Shown: piece by piece, positions 37,075-50,760 of the stretch | Position numbering within the stretch: the stretch's first letter is position 1 | Layout: each line of letters starts with the position of its first letter | NCBI RefSeq assembly: GCF_037042905.1 | Contig: NC_087254.1 | Location: forward strand, 33,046,001 to 33,110,000 | Direction: 5' to 3' | Length of the DNA: 64,000 bases | Source of the DNA: Lytechinus pictus | Lineage: Eukaryota | Notes under the pieces: generated by a model | The model's input: only the letters and a program-made list of their open reading frames with translations | What the model was told of the DNA's origin: nothing | Database searches by the model: none | Translations under genes and position numbers: made by a program

Positions 37075-38268
37075 TCATTGTGCAATGTCTGCGTGACTGG
37101 TGACATCATCCGGCGTATTTGGTGGGCAAAAATGGCCGACGTCAGACGGCTTAAAGTCGTTACACAGTGGGCAATCCCTTTTGTGGCCATGCAATGTTCG
37201 AGTCGAGATTCCTTTGACCGATTCGTAGCCAGATGTATTCGTATTCGACCCACTGGACACCCGTTCTATAGGTAACGACAACGACGCCGTGGATGACGAC
37301 CCATGAAGCTTTTCTAAACGCGCTTGCGTCGCGTCATCGATGATATCGTAAAGACCGTCACTGCGTAAGATGTATTTCGAGCTTGGTTGTGTCGTTGATG
37401 AGGTGATGTTAACAAGATGAGCACAATGAGTTGTTGGAAGGAATTGATCAAAATCAATTGGCGATGGAAGACGACTCTCTGGAGAGGACCCGGTGATGTT
37501 GGTCCCGTTATTGTTCTTCCCTAGTCGCTGAGATAATTGCTGTTTTCGCTTAGAAGCAAGTTTATGAAGAATCACTCTTTCGCGAGGAGATACATTACTC
37601 GGAGTTTTCAAGGGTGCAGAAGGCGAGGGTACGAGAGGCAAGAGTCGCTGTTTCGAAGATTCGACAACCGACATCAACGAGTCCGTCTTGACTTCCGAAG
37701 TCGATGATGAGTGCGGTGTCGAATATTTAAGACAACCGATCGGCCATCGGATTGCGCGAGCCATCCGGGTATTCTCTCTCGCTCTACTATGACTAAATGG
37801 AACGCTCCCAACTTGAAGAGATCCAATGAATGCCGACGTTGGACATTGGTAAAGTGAGCTACTACTCGACTTTACGCTGTGCGCGTCGCATTCCTCTTCC
37901 CTTTGTTCTTGCGTGTGAAACCCGTCACGCAACGGTAGTGTTGGCGCGTTTGTGAGGGACTTGTCATCTTCTCCCTTATTTTTCGACTTCCTTCTTTTCC
38001 CTGGCTTCCAGCATCTCATTCCAGTGCCTTTCAATCGCTTCCAAGAGTCTCTATCCCGTGCCTCGACGGTCAATCCGCACTCTTCGACTCGAATTCTGGG
38101 CAAGAAAGGGGTGTTGTTGTGCGACAACTTCGGCTTAGACGATGACGATGTCCCTTCGCCCCCAACTTCTAAAAGGGACAGTTTGGTGTCCAAATTGCAA
38201 CCACCATAAGCCGATCTCAGTTCCGATTTCATCGCCATTATTCGAAATAATGCATCCAAAGTGACCAT
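37075..38268 (-). CDS. Gene C: uncharacterised 397-aa disordered protein with a C-terminal HxxDCPLC...CPPNTP module
   Basis: 1.19-kb GC/CpG-rich ORF with ATG start; C-terminal motif shared with gene E. Confidence 0.82.
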   Translation of the reverse strand: MVTLDALFRIMAMKSELRSAYGGCNLDTKLSLLEVGGEGTSSSSKPKLSHNNTPFLPRIRVEECGLTVEARDRDSWKRLKGTGMRCWKPGKRRKSKNKGEDDKSLTNAPTLPLRDGFHTQEQREEECDAHSVKSSSSSLYQCPTSAFIGSLQVGSVPFSHSRARENTRMARAIRWPIGCLKYSTPHSSSTSEVKTDSLMSVVESSKQRLLPLVPSPSAPLKTPSNVSPRERVILHKLASKRKQQLSQRLGKNNNGTNITGSSPESRLPSPIDFDQFLPTTHCAHLVNITSSTTQPSSKYILRSDGLYDIIDDATQARLEKLHGSSSTASLSLPIERVSSGSNTNTSGYESVKGISTRTLHGHKRDCPLCNDFKPSDVGHFCPPNTPDDVTSHADIAQ

Positions 38269-39189
38269 ATGTCTGATTGATTAAATCTTTCTCTTCATAG
38301 TAAAGCAGTAATATCCATGGATAGAAATTGAGTCGATCAGTCGTAAAACTGACGTTTTAACGAACGCCGCCACGAACGCCAAAACGCCCAAGCGTTCGTT
38401 CCAGGTTCTGCCGTCTCCAAGTGACTGGCGATCAGTTTAACTCAACATGCTCAATAAATCTCGTATTGATCCTCTTATTTGCATTATTTGGAAATCAAGT
38501 TATCTTAAGGGAAAATATATCAGCTAAGACGGGTTGATATCCGTTAAGTATCGTCCAAAGTATCTTTTGATTAGATGGTATATGCAATTAGATAACTGTA
38601 AATGTGATGATAATAACCATGTAAACATAAAAAAAATATTGATCAAATTTATTTTTAATTGTTCACGATTGAGATTATCACATCAAGGTGTCGGATTCGA
38701 GTGTTTTGATCGCTAAAATCATATCATATCATAATTAAAGACATTATCAATCCAAAGCCACTTAGACTCTGATCCATCCACTGTCGATGCGTTGCATGAT
38801 TATCAACGAATAGTCATTTTTATTAAAGGTTGACGCTGTATGACAAACATTTGTCTTTCAAAGAGATATCACGACGACGAGAAGCTAGATCTCTCAGTTT
38901 GTCACGAAGTAACGAAAGTCTGGCAAACAAATCTGCTTCACCTGAGCAAATATCGTCATGATGTCACGCAATTGTCTGTATGTATGTGCCATGATGTTGC
39001 CAGAATACAGGCTGATAATGATTTCCCCCAGGACTGCTGGTGTCTTCGCATTATCACGAACGTTCAGCTTGCATGCGCTCTCTTTTCCGGTAAAGTCGCT
39101 TTCATCATATTCATTCCATTTCCTGGAGTCGAAAAATTGAAAGAGAAATTCATTATCATTTCATGAGTAGTTGTACATTATATGATATA

Positions 39190-39420
39190 CACAGCAAAAA
39201 CTCTGGTGTTGATTTAACACCAGCCCGGAATCTATATATGTCCACACCAGAGAAGTGTTAAACAACACCAGTTTCGTTTTGGTCTAACACCAGATAAACA
39301 CCAATAAGTATTAAAACAGCATCGGGTTGATTCCAAACTGGCGTTGTTTCAATACTTCTCTGGTGTGGACATATATAGATTCCGGGCTGGTGTTAAATCA
39401 ACACCGGAGTTTTTGCAGTG
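39190..39420. mobile_element. Near-perfect palindromic MITE with TA flanks
   Basis: ta|cacagcaaaaactctggtgttgatttaacaccagcccggaatctatatatgtccacaccagagaag... is mirrored at the right end ...tttttgcagtg|ta. Confidence 0.9.
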
Positions 39421-40487
39421 TACGGATTGATACACGTGATAAACTCCATATGGAATGCTTATCGACTGCATAGCAAGTCTCATCCAATTCAAATGACTAT
39501 ACATAAAAAGATTTAATGACGCATAATGTTTCCATTACAGGTCACCAATCTCGTTAATTCTGAATATATACGATATTTTGACTGAAAAATGAGACTCCTC
39601 TTCCTATAAATGCAAGTAACTTTGATATGAAAAGTTTGGGTTTGTTAAAAATAAGCTGAATTTCCGTCGTTGGTATATTGGTGTTTTATTCCCTCTTATT
39701 TCAGTTTCCACTCCACGAGAAATTGTATATCTATATTAACATGACCTATTGACACAGTAGCATGCACTGAATTGTCAATAATGGCCAATGAGTTAAAATT
39801 TAATGCTTAAACATATTTTGCCTTATTTTTTTTATTCCCCTTTAAGGCGACACCTGCACCTGAGGCCCACCCGCACCCCTTGATTCATAGAATATACATC
39901 TACATTATGAATGATTAAATATATTAAATGCATTATTAAGAACTGAATATTCAATCAGAATTACTTGACTATATATAAATTCTAAATCTTCAACAACTTG
40001 GAAATATCATGACTATGTTTGAACTTCAAGACGCAATGACATTCACATTAATACTATATGCCTTCATGATTCATATCTAATTATATATCTGAAAGGACTG
40101 TACTCAGCATTCTTACTTCCTATTTTTTTTGTTTCAAAAGAAAATCAATGTACCAAAATCAATGCCCCATAATCTATACGGCAATCAGTTATATTCATGA
40201 TCGCGATCATACAATCATCGGTATATTATCGATCTTTTTTTCTAAACACCTGCAACACGCAGCAGACGACAATTCTCACGCGATTATGACGATAGCAACT
40301 GAAAATCCTCCTATTTTTGGCGCCAAAGGGCTCATAAATTAGCATTTACGTGTTAATGTGTCAGACGGTTGGTAATACAATCATATCATTAGCTCATAAA
40401 TTAACTCTTAGTCGCTGGAATTAAATACAATGTAAGGGTGAATGTATAACATCAGGTGGACTTATTTTCAGATTTAATTAGATTTAA

Positions 40488-41065
40488 AGGACAAGTCCAC
40501 CCCCAAAAATAGACTTGAATAAAAAGAGAAAAATCCAACAAGCATAACACTGAAAATTTAATCGAAATCGTTAAAGCGTTTCTTAATTCCACAAAACAGT
40601 TGTATGCACATCCTAGTCGGTATGCAAATGCATGAGGGAACTGATGACATCATCAACTCACTATTTCTTTTGTTTTTCATTACATGAAATATGAAATATT
40701 TCAATTTTCTCCTCCTTGCGAAACGAAGTTTTATTTCACCTTGAAAATGTGGTATTACCATTGTTTTAATAATTATTTTGTGGTTCAGCCAAGTTGGTCA
40801 TTCTTGTCAAATCTGTAAAAATGGAAATATTATTAATTTCAAACAATAAAAAACAAAAGAAATAATGAGCGAGGGACATCATCGTTTCTCTCATTTGCAT
40901 ACCACTGAGTTGTGCATACAACTGTTTTGTGGAAAATAAGAGAAACTTTAATAAGTCATTACTTTCTTATTTTACATCTGATTTTGATGAAATTTTCAGT
41001 GTTATATGCTTGTTTGATTTTCTCTGTTGATTCAAACCAGCATTTTTTTTTAGTGGACTTGACCT
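40488..41065. mobile_element. Non-autonomous Kolobok-like DNA transposon
   Basis: ttaa|aggacaagtccac ... gtggacttgacct|ttaa: TTAA TSD and AG termini, with internal inverted repeats. Confidence 0.82.
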
Positions 41066-43249
41066 TTAACAGTTTAAAGTAAAAAAAATGATATAAGATT
41101 GGAAAAAGACAACACATACCGTAAACTGCAAAATCAGAATTTAATGATACTATAAATACTTTTGAATTTAATAAGTCGAATCATAATGGTAGTTCCCAAA
41201 ATTTTGTTAATTTCAATCTAGTATAAAGTTTGGAAAGCTGGCTATTGTCTCATGAAATTAAAGGATTGTTAAATATATTGATGTATATGTGTGTTTGACA
41301 TAAAATTTACCTCTTTCGTTATTCACGACAGTTGGACTTCATGGTGACAACACCTGAATTATTAATTCGATAAATCGATATACATTATTTAGTCCCAACA
41401 ATTGGTGTGTGGTGATATCATTTAATCACTGAATTATTGATTGAATTAGGATTGAATTAGGATATGCTGCATATCATTTGTACGATTATTTGTATTATGG
41501 ATAATTATTCGTCTTTTATGAACAGTGTTTTGTTGATATTGATATTGTAATATTTTGCAATGTACCATTACTTTGATTTTGAACTGAATGATTTAATAAA
41601 TATTATTACAAAACAAAACAAATATTATTGTTCACATTCGTGAAACATTTGTTCGTATTTAGAATGGGGAGTAAATGTCTGGAAAGATTTGGTCCTGGGG
41701 TATAGGTGGAAGGGGGAAGTTGCCCCCCCCCCCCCTCTCGAAATTTTGAAGACATTTTTTCTTACTGAAAACTTTCACAAACATCACGAAAAGTGTCAAT
41801 TTTACTTTAGGAATGCCAAAGCGTTCCCATGACAAACTCGGTCGTTTCGATCGTTGCCTCGCTTTTGAGTTTCTTCGAAAAATTTGTAGTGTTTTGCCCC
41901 CCCCCCTCCCCGGAAAAAAAAAATCTGCTTCACACTCTGAAAAGGGAATACTTTCTTGCACTCTCCTACATTTCCGACTTTCGTCTGTTTGATGAGTTGC
42001 AATTCGAATTAGACTTGAATCTATAAAATTTACACACTAAAGTATATAACAAACAAATTTATGATTGTTGGGTAAACTGCCAAGTACAACGCACTTTAAT
42101 AGATAAATTTTCACACAATTGTCACAGCATTTCAAGTTATTTTAGCAAAATATATATATTGTATGTATTTTTCTATACTCAATGGTGACCAAACCATTTT
42201 TGAGAATGTAGTAGGCCTAGTCCAGCATCTCCCCTCATCAATGTTCTCATAAGAAGACAATAATCTACGATAATTCTCAGTGTCACCAGTAAATAAACAA
42301 AAACCTTACCATTTTTAAGCAGGTTAAGTAATTAAGGCCTGTGTAAATGACAGTTTATGTTTCCCGAAGTTCGAAGATTGCAGCTCTTGAGTTGTCGACT
42401 TACTGCCATCAACTATTTAAGTTCCACGTTTGTAAAGCTTTAAGTGTTACAATTTCATGACAAAGTCGCTGGGATCCCAAGGCAAGACTCGCTGAAATTC
42501 ACAATCATCTGAATATCGATATGTAATAATCATTCTATGTATTAATAGAATCCAATCCACAACATTTTAAGTCTGTTAGATCATAATCCTGTAATTGCAG
42601 TTACCGTTGTACGCGTTGTTAATGCAGTCATTACTAACTACATAAACACCAATCATATTTGATGAACTCAAATCCTTGACACCCGTTGAAATCGATTCAA
42701 TTCAAGGTGTCGCAAAACCATAATATATGCAAATGGGGAAAGGTTACTTGGAGTTGAAAATGAACAGTTCTTCCGATGTAATTGATTTTGTTGCCCAGTT
42801 CGAGTTAGTTAGTTAATGTTGAAGGGAAGATAAAAATGTTTCTATTATCCAGCGACCTTACAACTTCTTAACTCTCGCTCTTGCTCTGCAAACACCATCC
42901 TTTGTTGAGATGGAGAAAGATAATGAGAGAGTCGGAGGTGTGTTGGTACAACGATCGAATGGATGTTATTTGCTCATATGCCTTAGTTTTATTCCAGGTG
43001 TGTGTGGAGAGGAGATTGCGCACTTCGGTGTGGGTCATAGTGCGGCGTACGAGGAATATAAGAGGAATATATTTCATCTAGGAGATGTCCGATTGTTGAT
43101 TTCGACGACGGTGTGCATTTAGGGGAGGAGGGGTGAGAGGAGGAATGAGGAGGAGGGTGAGAGGTGAAGGAATGAGGAGGAAGAGAGGGGGTCATGGGTG
43201 TCTTGATGATAGAGCGACGATTATTTAGATTTAGGGGTTGAAGATCAGG

Positions 43250-43750
43250 TTGACGATAATGATGATGATAACGATGACAATGGTGGTGGTGATAATGACG
43301 ATGCTGTCGAAAATGATGGTGATGATGATGATCATCATCGTGACTATATTGATGGTAGTGATGATGAGGATGGTGACGATGATGGCATTGATGAGGAAGA
43401 ATAGGATTTTGGTGGTCATGGTGTCCAATAATTATATGTTTTGCAAAAATAAACATGATTACTACAATCATAATTATTGACTATTGCGACTGTGTTTGCC
43501 ATGATGATTGTAAGTCTGTATAGTAACCATGAATGATTGAAGAAAATAATGCCTAAGGTAATGACACAAGAAGAATAAAAAAAATTATGATAAAGAAAGG
43601 GAATAACTAGGCCTACCAATGATTGCGAAGGTGGGGGTCATGGTTACAATAATGTCGATGGTTATGCTGGTGATAGTGATGGTGGTAGTGATAATGAAGA
43701 TGATGATAATGGTAACGAATTGGGATTGTGATGATAATCACAATCATCAT
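43250..43750. repeat. (GAT)n-type low-complexity tracts
   Basis: Source of the spurious His- and Met-rich ORFs here. Confidence 0.85.
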
Positions 43751-44654
43751 AATATTTCTATGATTTTAGGCAACTATTTCCCCAGCCTTTTAAATTTCTC
43801 CATCTTCATCTCGCCATCAATTGTGTATCATCATACGTTGCAAAAAAAAAACCTAGTCTATCTAAAACATGATATCGATTTCATCCAAGTCATGGAATAA
43901 AACCACAATTGTATGCACGCTTGCTTGTTAAGATGGTGACCCACACACACTGCGACCTACAATATGTACATAACATTGTATCCCTTACAATAGATCGATT
44001 AACTGGCAAACAATACAAGAACAAAGAGATCTTGATCAAACAGATCCTGTGCCGTCAAGTACACTACTTCTCTTTCATCCAAACTAACACACCCGATAGC
44101 TCCAGTCACCGATACGGGCGGGCGAGCGTCCCGTCGTCATGGAAACCAAGAACCCGACCCGATCGGCCATTGTCGTTTTGATATAAAGTATACGAAGTTT
44201 GTGTTGTGTTCTTTCTTCTCGCGTTGCAGACTCATATTTCTTTGTCGATCCTGGCTGGGGTCTCGGTTTTGATTAATTTTTGAATAATTTGTTCCCGACC
44301 AACCATCACCATCGTTTAATTAATGAGGTAAAAGACAAAGAAAAGTAACTGAACGTGACATTTATCGAGAAAGGGAGTGCAAGCAGCGTCTGGTGGTGGC
44401 GCCGGAGTTAGGGGAGGGTAGTGATTTTGCTTTATTTTGCTGTTGCTCTAAGTTTTTCCAAGAGCTATCCACAGACTTCTCTTCTATTTTGTGCGCCCCA
44501 TGGAATATCCATGTAGCCCCTGCCATTTTTTAGTATCCACCTGAGAAAGTCGAATGTGGGTGAAATTTCAGGACCGTAAGATTAGCGTTTGATTATTCCA
44601 GAAAAAAAATAATTATCTCGTTAAAACCAAATAAAAGAAGAACATCTTCACATT

Positions 44655-44945
44655 CGTCATTATCATCACCATAACCACCACCACTACCATCATCATCTTC
44701 ATCTTCATCACCATCATCATCATCAACAACATCATCATCATCATTCTATCATCATCGTCACAATAATCGCCATGATTAACGCAATAACCACTGCCACTTT
44801 CATTATTAATTATCATTATATCATCATCATCGTTTATCATCCTCCTCCTCCTCATTATCATCATTGTCATCAGTTTTATCATCATCGTCGTCGTCATTAC
44901 TATCATCATCATCTTCATCATCATTATTCTCATCGTCGTCATTAT
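44655..44945. repeat. (CAT)n microsatellite
   Basis: Runs of cat/cac/cgt. Confidence 0.9.
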
Positions 44946-46732
44946 CAAGTTTCAAAGAGTTTATTGGACAGGTCTTTTTCTCAAAAAATGAAAATATCAT
45001 TTTTGTTTCATTTTTCGTCTTCAAATAAATTAAGACCGATTACAGACCAGAAACAAGCAAATAATTGAAGATAATTGATGCATGATGGCCAAGAATGTTT
45101 TTTTTTAATGGAATGGACTGAAAAAATTGTGCATAATTTTCTCCTGTAACTTTTTCTCACTCGCTCGCTCGTCTCCCCTCGATTTCTCCCCCTCCCCAGC
45201 CCCCTCTCTCTTTTCATCCTGGCCTTCCCCATGCGACTTCGTTTTATGCCTATCCTAATATCCCCTCTTTTCTCCTTGATCTCTTTTACTCTCTCAATAA
45301 TTCTACTCCATTTCGTATAGACATTGCAAGAATGCAAATAAATAGCCAAATCCCTTCCCCATTCCTCCCTGAAAGTCCGTATTATCGTGTTTTTTTGGAT
45401 AGGGGGTGGGATTGGAAATTCTCTGACAAGTTTGTTGATATCAGCCCTATTCCCCCTCCCCCCAAAAAAGTTGTGGTTGTCAAACTGGAATCAAATGCCA
45501 ACAAAAGGTGACAACTAAAAATAACCACAATATCCTTCACAAAAAAAAAGAAAATAATATCTAGTTTTAAAAAGAGGTTGGGGTGGGGCGGGCGACCCCT
45601 TAATTGTACAGGCATATTATAAGCATCCATAATTACCTTTTGTCATTTCACTTCTGTTTTAGACTTGCACGTGTTAGCGAACATTTATGATGCATGCGTA
45701 TGTCACATAGATAGATTTACAATAATCAAATAAAAAATATAAATTGCAACGTTATTTTATTTTTCACGGTTTGCAAAACTGCATATTTTCTTATTCCAAT
45801 GTGAGACAGACGAGCAATAAGTCACTCCAAAAGAATCGTGGAAAACGCTCAAAATAAATGCTTGTGAGTGTGTTAATGAATTAATGAATGATGAATTAAT
45901 TGAAATATAAAATCGCACACCACTTAGGTAACCGAAAACAATTATTGTGCATATTTACAATTCAATTATGAGAGAAACGGGTATACAGAGGGAGATGAAT
46001 ATTAGGAGGATAACAAGGGAGAGAGTGGGTGAAGAAAGGAAGAGGGAGAAAGAGAGAGAGAGGGGAGGGGGAGGGGAGGGAGGAGAGAGAGATAGAGAAA
46101 GAAAGATAGGGTGAGGGGTGGGGAGGGAAAACGAGGGGCGAAGCTGATGATATGAAAATATATACATCGAAATACTGAATAAATATCGTTCGTTCACAAA
46201 GCATGCCGGTTAATGGATTAGACAAAAAAATATTGAGGATGAATGTTGAATGGCACGGGACTTATAATCATGATAATGGATTAGTTATTTGTTGGTATTG
46301 CTCGTGCTTATAATATTCCATTCTTAATTATGAGACGTCAATGAATGTTTGTTTTATTGAGGGAAAAACTCATATTGTCTCCAAACAAGTATATCTCTAG
46401 AGCATTCTTTTATTTTCTCTTTTGAAAATGGGCAGTTTTCCATCCACGATGCACGACAGATTCAACAATATAGAAAATGTATAATTAATGTCTTCATGAC
46501 GATCGACAACCAAGAAGTCTATGTCGAAAATTGGTAAATCAAAACAGCAGTTTCCATTTTTGTCAGCTCCAAAGCTTAGGACGAAACTGCTGTTCCGGTT
46601 CACCAATCCAATTATCGACAAAGACCTCTCAGCCATTCATGATCATTAATTTGAAAAGACGACCAGTCAAATACTTAGACATGACATATATTGTTTCTTT
46701 ATGAGAATCGTTTTATCAATCTATCCCCATTT

Positions 46733-46902
46733 AAGTGTGTGTGTGTATTTGAGTTTTGTCAGACGTGTATCAATCAGATTAGATTATTTACGTCTGGGAC
46801 CGATCTTAAACGTCACCATCCAAAATACGTGACCAGGGCTCGAACCTCGAACCCCTGCATCAATTTGTAACTTCCCCACAGCTTGGATTACAGGCGCACG
46901 CC
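46733..46902 (-). mobile_element. Probable short SINE remnant
   Basis: Minus-strand GGTTCGAG B-box-like motifs, TTAAGATCGGTCC similar to the body of the 18424 SINE, and an (AC)n tail. Confidence 0.45.
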
Positions 46903-47131
46903 AGTAATTGATTGAATATTTATACAGTCTGATGACATAGAAAATTTGGCTTTAATTCATCAATAAATTTATAAATATGATGAAAACTACATTTGTTTAC
47001 CTATCTAATGCAAACGGGTGAAAAGCGTATTAAGTGGTAATATATATTAAAAAAAAAACTTTGGTGTGCTCTTCCAGCTCTAACCTTGAATAATGAATGT
47101 TCTGAGATTCAAAACTTCATAAAGCCAGTTT

Positions 47132-48309
47132 TTAGCATGAAACACCTGCTACGCAAGCCGCACAACCCGATGGACCTTCCGCAGATCTTTGGCTGTAGCT
47201 CAAAATAGGGGGTAATCGAATCGATCGCATATCGATACTAATATTGAGTCGTCTGCCCCGACTCCACACGTAGGATGAGGGACATCCGCTTGTAACATTG
47301 TCTTCAACAGTTTTAGGGATTTCAGGACATTTTTTACCATGTTTCAAGCATTTCGCTGGAGACGTCGAGTCTGCGTATATGCATCCCATTGATCGTCGGC
47401 GCAGCGAAACTGATTTACTGCGGAGAATGTCTTTCAAGGCTGGGCGCCACGAAAATATCGGAATCTCGGAACTCGTCTTCGGCCGTTCGTCAACATTCGG
47501 GTAGTGTTCGATCGTGTCCTGTGCTTTCGCAACTGCTTCGATTTGCTTGTTGAGATAGTCTCCACTTCCGGAAATGACCGAGTCGTTATCATCTTCGACA
47601 GCCTTCGTGCTGAGAGAGGAGGTGACCTCGTATCGTATCCTCGGACCAGTGATCGAGCGAGATGATACGACTGGCAAGCTATCTGAGTCAATCTTTAGTG
47701 TTGGAGGAGAGTAAACTTGGGCTCTTGCGCTTTTGGACCTCGGGATGGGTCTCTCACTGTTCTTATCCTTGTGGGCTTGAGCTGGCACAACATCTTTGCT
47801 ATAGCTTCTTCTATTATGTTGAGTATTAGAGCTCGGTCTCTTGACTGGGGAGGTAACACCGAGTGACTTTGATACTACCATTAACATAGACTCGTCACTT
47901 TTTAAATGTGTATCATCAAGTTCTTGATCGGGTAGTTCTTGTGTCGCTTTCTTATCGCGGCAATTAGGGCATTCGCAAATATCTTCAGACGGGATACTGC
48001 ATTCAGAAAGGACGAACTCATCTTTCTGCATCAAATCCATATTAATCTTTATTGGTACTCCTGTGACCTTTAACCCATCGTGGTACTGTGAACCAATCCG
48101 AACAACCGTCACGCCGGCGCACTTGCTGGTTTGTAACTTCTTCGATGCTTGGACGATAGAGGGCGATATACCACCACGGAGCGATTCGTGCTCGTAATTA
48201 TTATGTGTCTTGAGTTTCCTGACTTCCTGGTAGACGTCAGACTCGGTCATGCGATCAGGGTCTTCGTCTTCTATCCTCCGGTAGTCGATTTCCAGTTCAT
48301 CATCGGTAA
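47132..48309 (-). CDS. Gene D exon 2; spliced product about 500 aa, disordered, with CECPNC, IPIFSWRP, RLPPI and a Cys-rich C-terminus
   Basis: Acceptor ttttttttcag|TT at 48309, phase 1, runs in frame into ORF 47132-48250 (FTDDELEIDYRRIEDEDPDRMTES...). Confidence 0.82.
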
Positions 48310-48526
48310 CTGAAAAAAAAAACGATAATAAAAGTGCAGATCAATACTCAAAGTGGCCATGAGAATAGGTTTGTGGAGAAAAGGCAGAGAAGATGTCACG
48401 TATTTTGATATGGGGTGAGGGAAAAGATGACCCCAAAGTTAGTTTAAATAAAGCATTGTTCTCTTTCTAATTTCCATACATTTTGTTCTTCTATTTTCAT
48501 TCCGTAGTTGCTTTCTTCCTTTAGAG

Positions 48527-48881
48527 CACTAGCGTACCTAAGGGGCGGCAGGGGGCAGACTGCCCCCCCCTGACGAGTCACAACTGATACAGGGGAAGTG
48601 CCCCCCTTTTGAGAAACCAAATTGATAATTTGTAATGTAAAAATGCAATAAAAACAGACGTGAAGACCTTTTTTTTTTGCTTGTCAATTTTTTTTCTGGT
48701 AAGGAATCCTTTTTTTTGGTTGAAGACCTTTTTTTTTTGCTTGTCATATATTTTTGTTGTAAGAAATCCTTTTTTGTGGTTGAAGACCTTTTTTTTTTTT
48801 TTTTGCTTGTCAAATTTTTTCGCGGACGAAATATCCTCCAAAAAATTTGCCCCCTTCTGGAATATCCTAGGTACGCCAGTG
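48527..48881. mobile_element. hAT-type non-autonomous element in the gene D intron
   Basis: 8-bp TSD CTTTAGAG at 48519-48526 and 48882-48889; TIR cactagcgtaccta / taggtacgccagtg; internal 60-bp repeat about x3. Confidence 0.9.
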
Positions 48882-50435
48882 CTTTAGAGCAATAATATTT
48901 CTATCTTAGATAAATGTTTGGTATAAAAAAATCGTAAAATAGCCTTAAAAAACGAACATCGGAGTAAAATCGCATGAATGAACAGAACAACATTATGGAA
49001 CCGTAAGACAATGGACGCTAAACGACAATCTGTGATTGGCTGTCGAGGCGTCTTATTTATGTATCCAGAAATCATCGCACCATGGCTTGTTTTACACAGT
49101 GGCGTAATGAGCCAAAACTTTTAAGGGGGCCAAACTCTGGGACAAAATTACGAAAAAGGCGTGAGTGAGCACACTGTTGACCTTTTTTTATATCAAAAGC
49201 TAATTTTGTGATAGATTTTGGCAATGGATTTAGAAATATTCTTCCTTCTTTTTCCTTACTCACATCGTTGCATAAACATGTATCCGAAATTCATGACGAA
49301 GGAATGGAAGATATAAAGAGATGCCGTGGGTCTTAGCTGTTTTCTATCGACAGTCTATTCATTCTAATTGTTTATTAGTTTATTATATTGTTTGCACTTT
49401 ATGGGTCTTCATTACAAGTGACAGTCAAAATGAATATATGTTTTACTCAACTATGGCTAAATCATTTATTATAAACCTTTGTAAACAAACCATTTGGCTC
49501 AATACCATCATGCTTAATTGATACAGGCCTCAATCTGTCAAGTTTTAAATCTATGAATCCAACAATATTATGAGGTTACACAATTAATGAACTTAAATGT
49601 ATTTCGTTTTTTGTTTGTTTAATTATTCATATACTTTGATACAACATTAGTATTCATTTTATTAGCGTTAAGAGCCAAACATTTTGAGGGGCCAGACATG
49701 GTGTATGGGGCAAAATCTATCAAAGTTTCGAGTGAGCAAAAATGTTACTATTTCTTATACCGAAACCGAATTTTTCGATAGATTTTGACAGAATATCAAA
49801 GAAGAGATATCCCACCTCACAATTTTTTCATTTTCTTTCTTATCCTCATATTTTTCTTGGTTGTGAAATGTTAGCCCCCAAGCCCCCCACCCCCTCCATC
49901 TGTACGCCAATTATTTTTTTTTTTATCGATTCTAGCATGTTCAGGAGAAAGAGATATTGATTTTACATGACTTGTTATTCTAGAAATGAATCTGATGAAA
50001 AATGAGGGAGGTAGATCGACTAATAATGTCTTCCACTTAATAAACCGCTTCTGCATTAATAAAATATTCTACTTTATTACTAGGAAGCAGGGCGACGCCA
50101 AAGCTAACATTTTGTTTTCATTATTGAATAATAGTGGAAATATAGAGTTACACAACAAAAAACCCTTTCTTATTGATTTGTCTTTTTTCTTCCCATTTCC
50201 ATATTTTTCATCTTTCTCTTAACCTTTTGTATTCACTACTCGAAAATATCATGGGGGGGGGGGTCGCCCATCGCTCTTCTGTAGCACTGTCCCTTACAGG
50301 AATAAATGCATTGCATGGTCTTGCACAATCTGTGGAGGACTGATTTTACAAAAACTATGCATGTTTTCGTAATAAGAGAATATTTAAAGAAACGGGTACT
50401 TAATAATTTTAGTAATTATCAGGGCATATACTTAC

Positions 50436-50760
50436 AGACATTGCTCTTACAGTCGGCACTTCTCACACGGGCCTTCATGTGAGAAACACGAAGTGAAGCT
50501 GCCGCAGAAGCTGCACGATAATTTCCCGCCAATGGTCTCATCCCTCCGTTCACCGCGGTCGTTCTTCTAACCGCCGTCCGGCTTCGTGGGATGACCGCGT
50601 CGCGATCATGTCTTCGAAGCGACGCTTGAATGTGACTGCTACTGTAAGGGCGTATAAGGTGTTTCTTGGTAGTGAGTAGCATGAAAGGTTGGTCTGAGTC
50701 ATCAGCATGCGTATGACCTGGGGACGATGTTCCTTGGATACCCCAATCAATGGATGGCAT
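50436..50760 (-). CDS. Gene D coding exon 1
   Basis: First in-frame ATG (CAAGATG) gives MPSIDWGIQG...ADCKSNV; donor T|gtaagt, phase 1; 325+1178 nt = 501 codons. Confidence 0.75.

Noticed and set aside
42989-45068. His-, Met- and Asp-rich ORFs (also 20586-20879)
   Set aside because: Translations of (GAT/CAT)n microsatellites.
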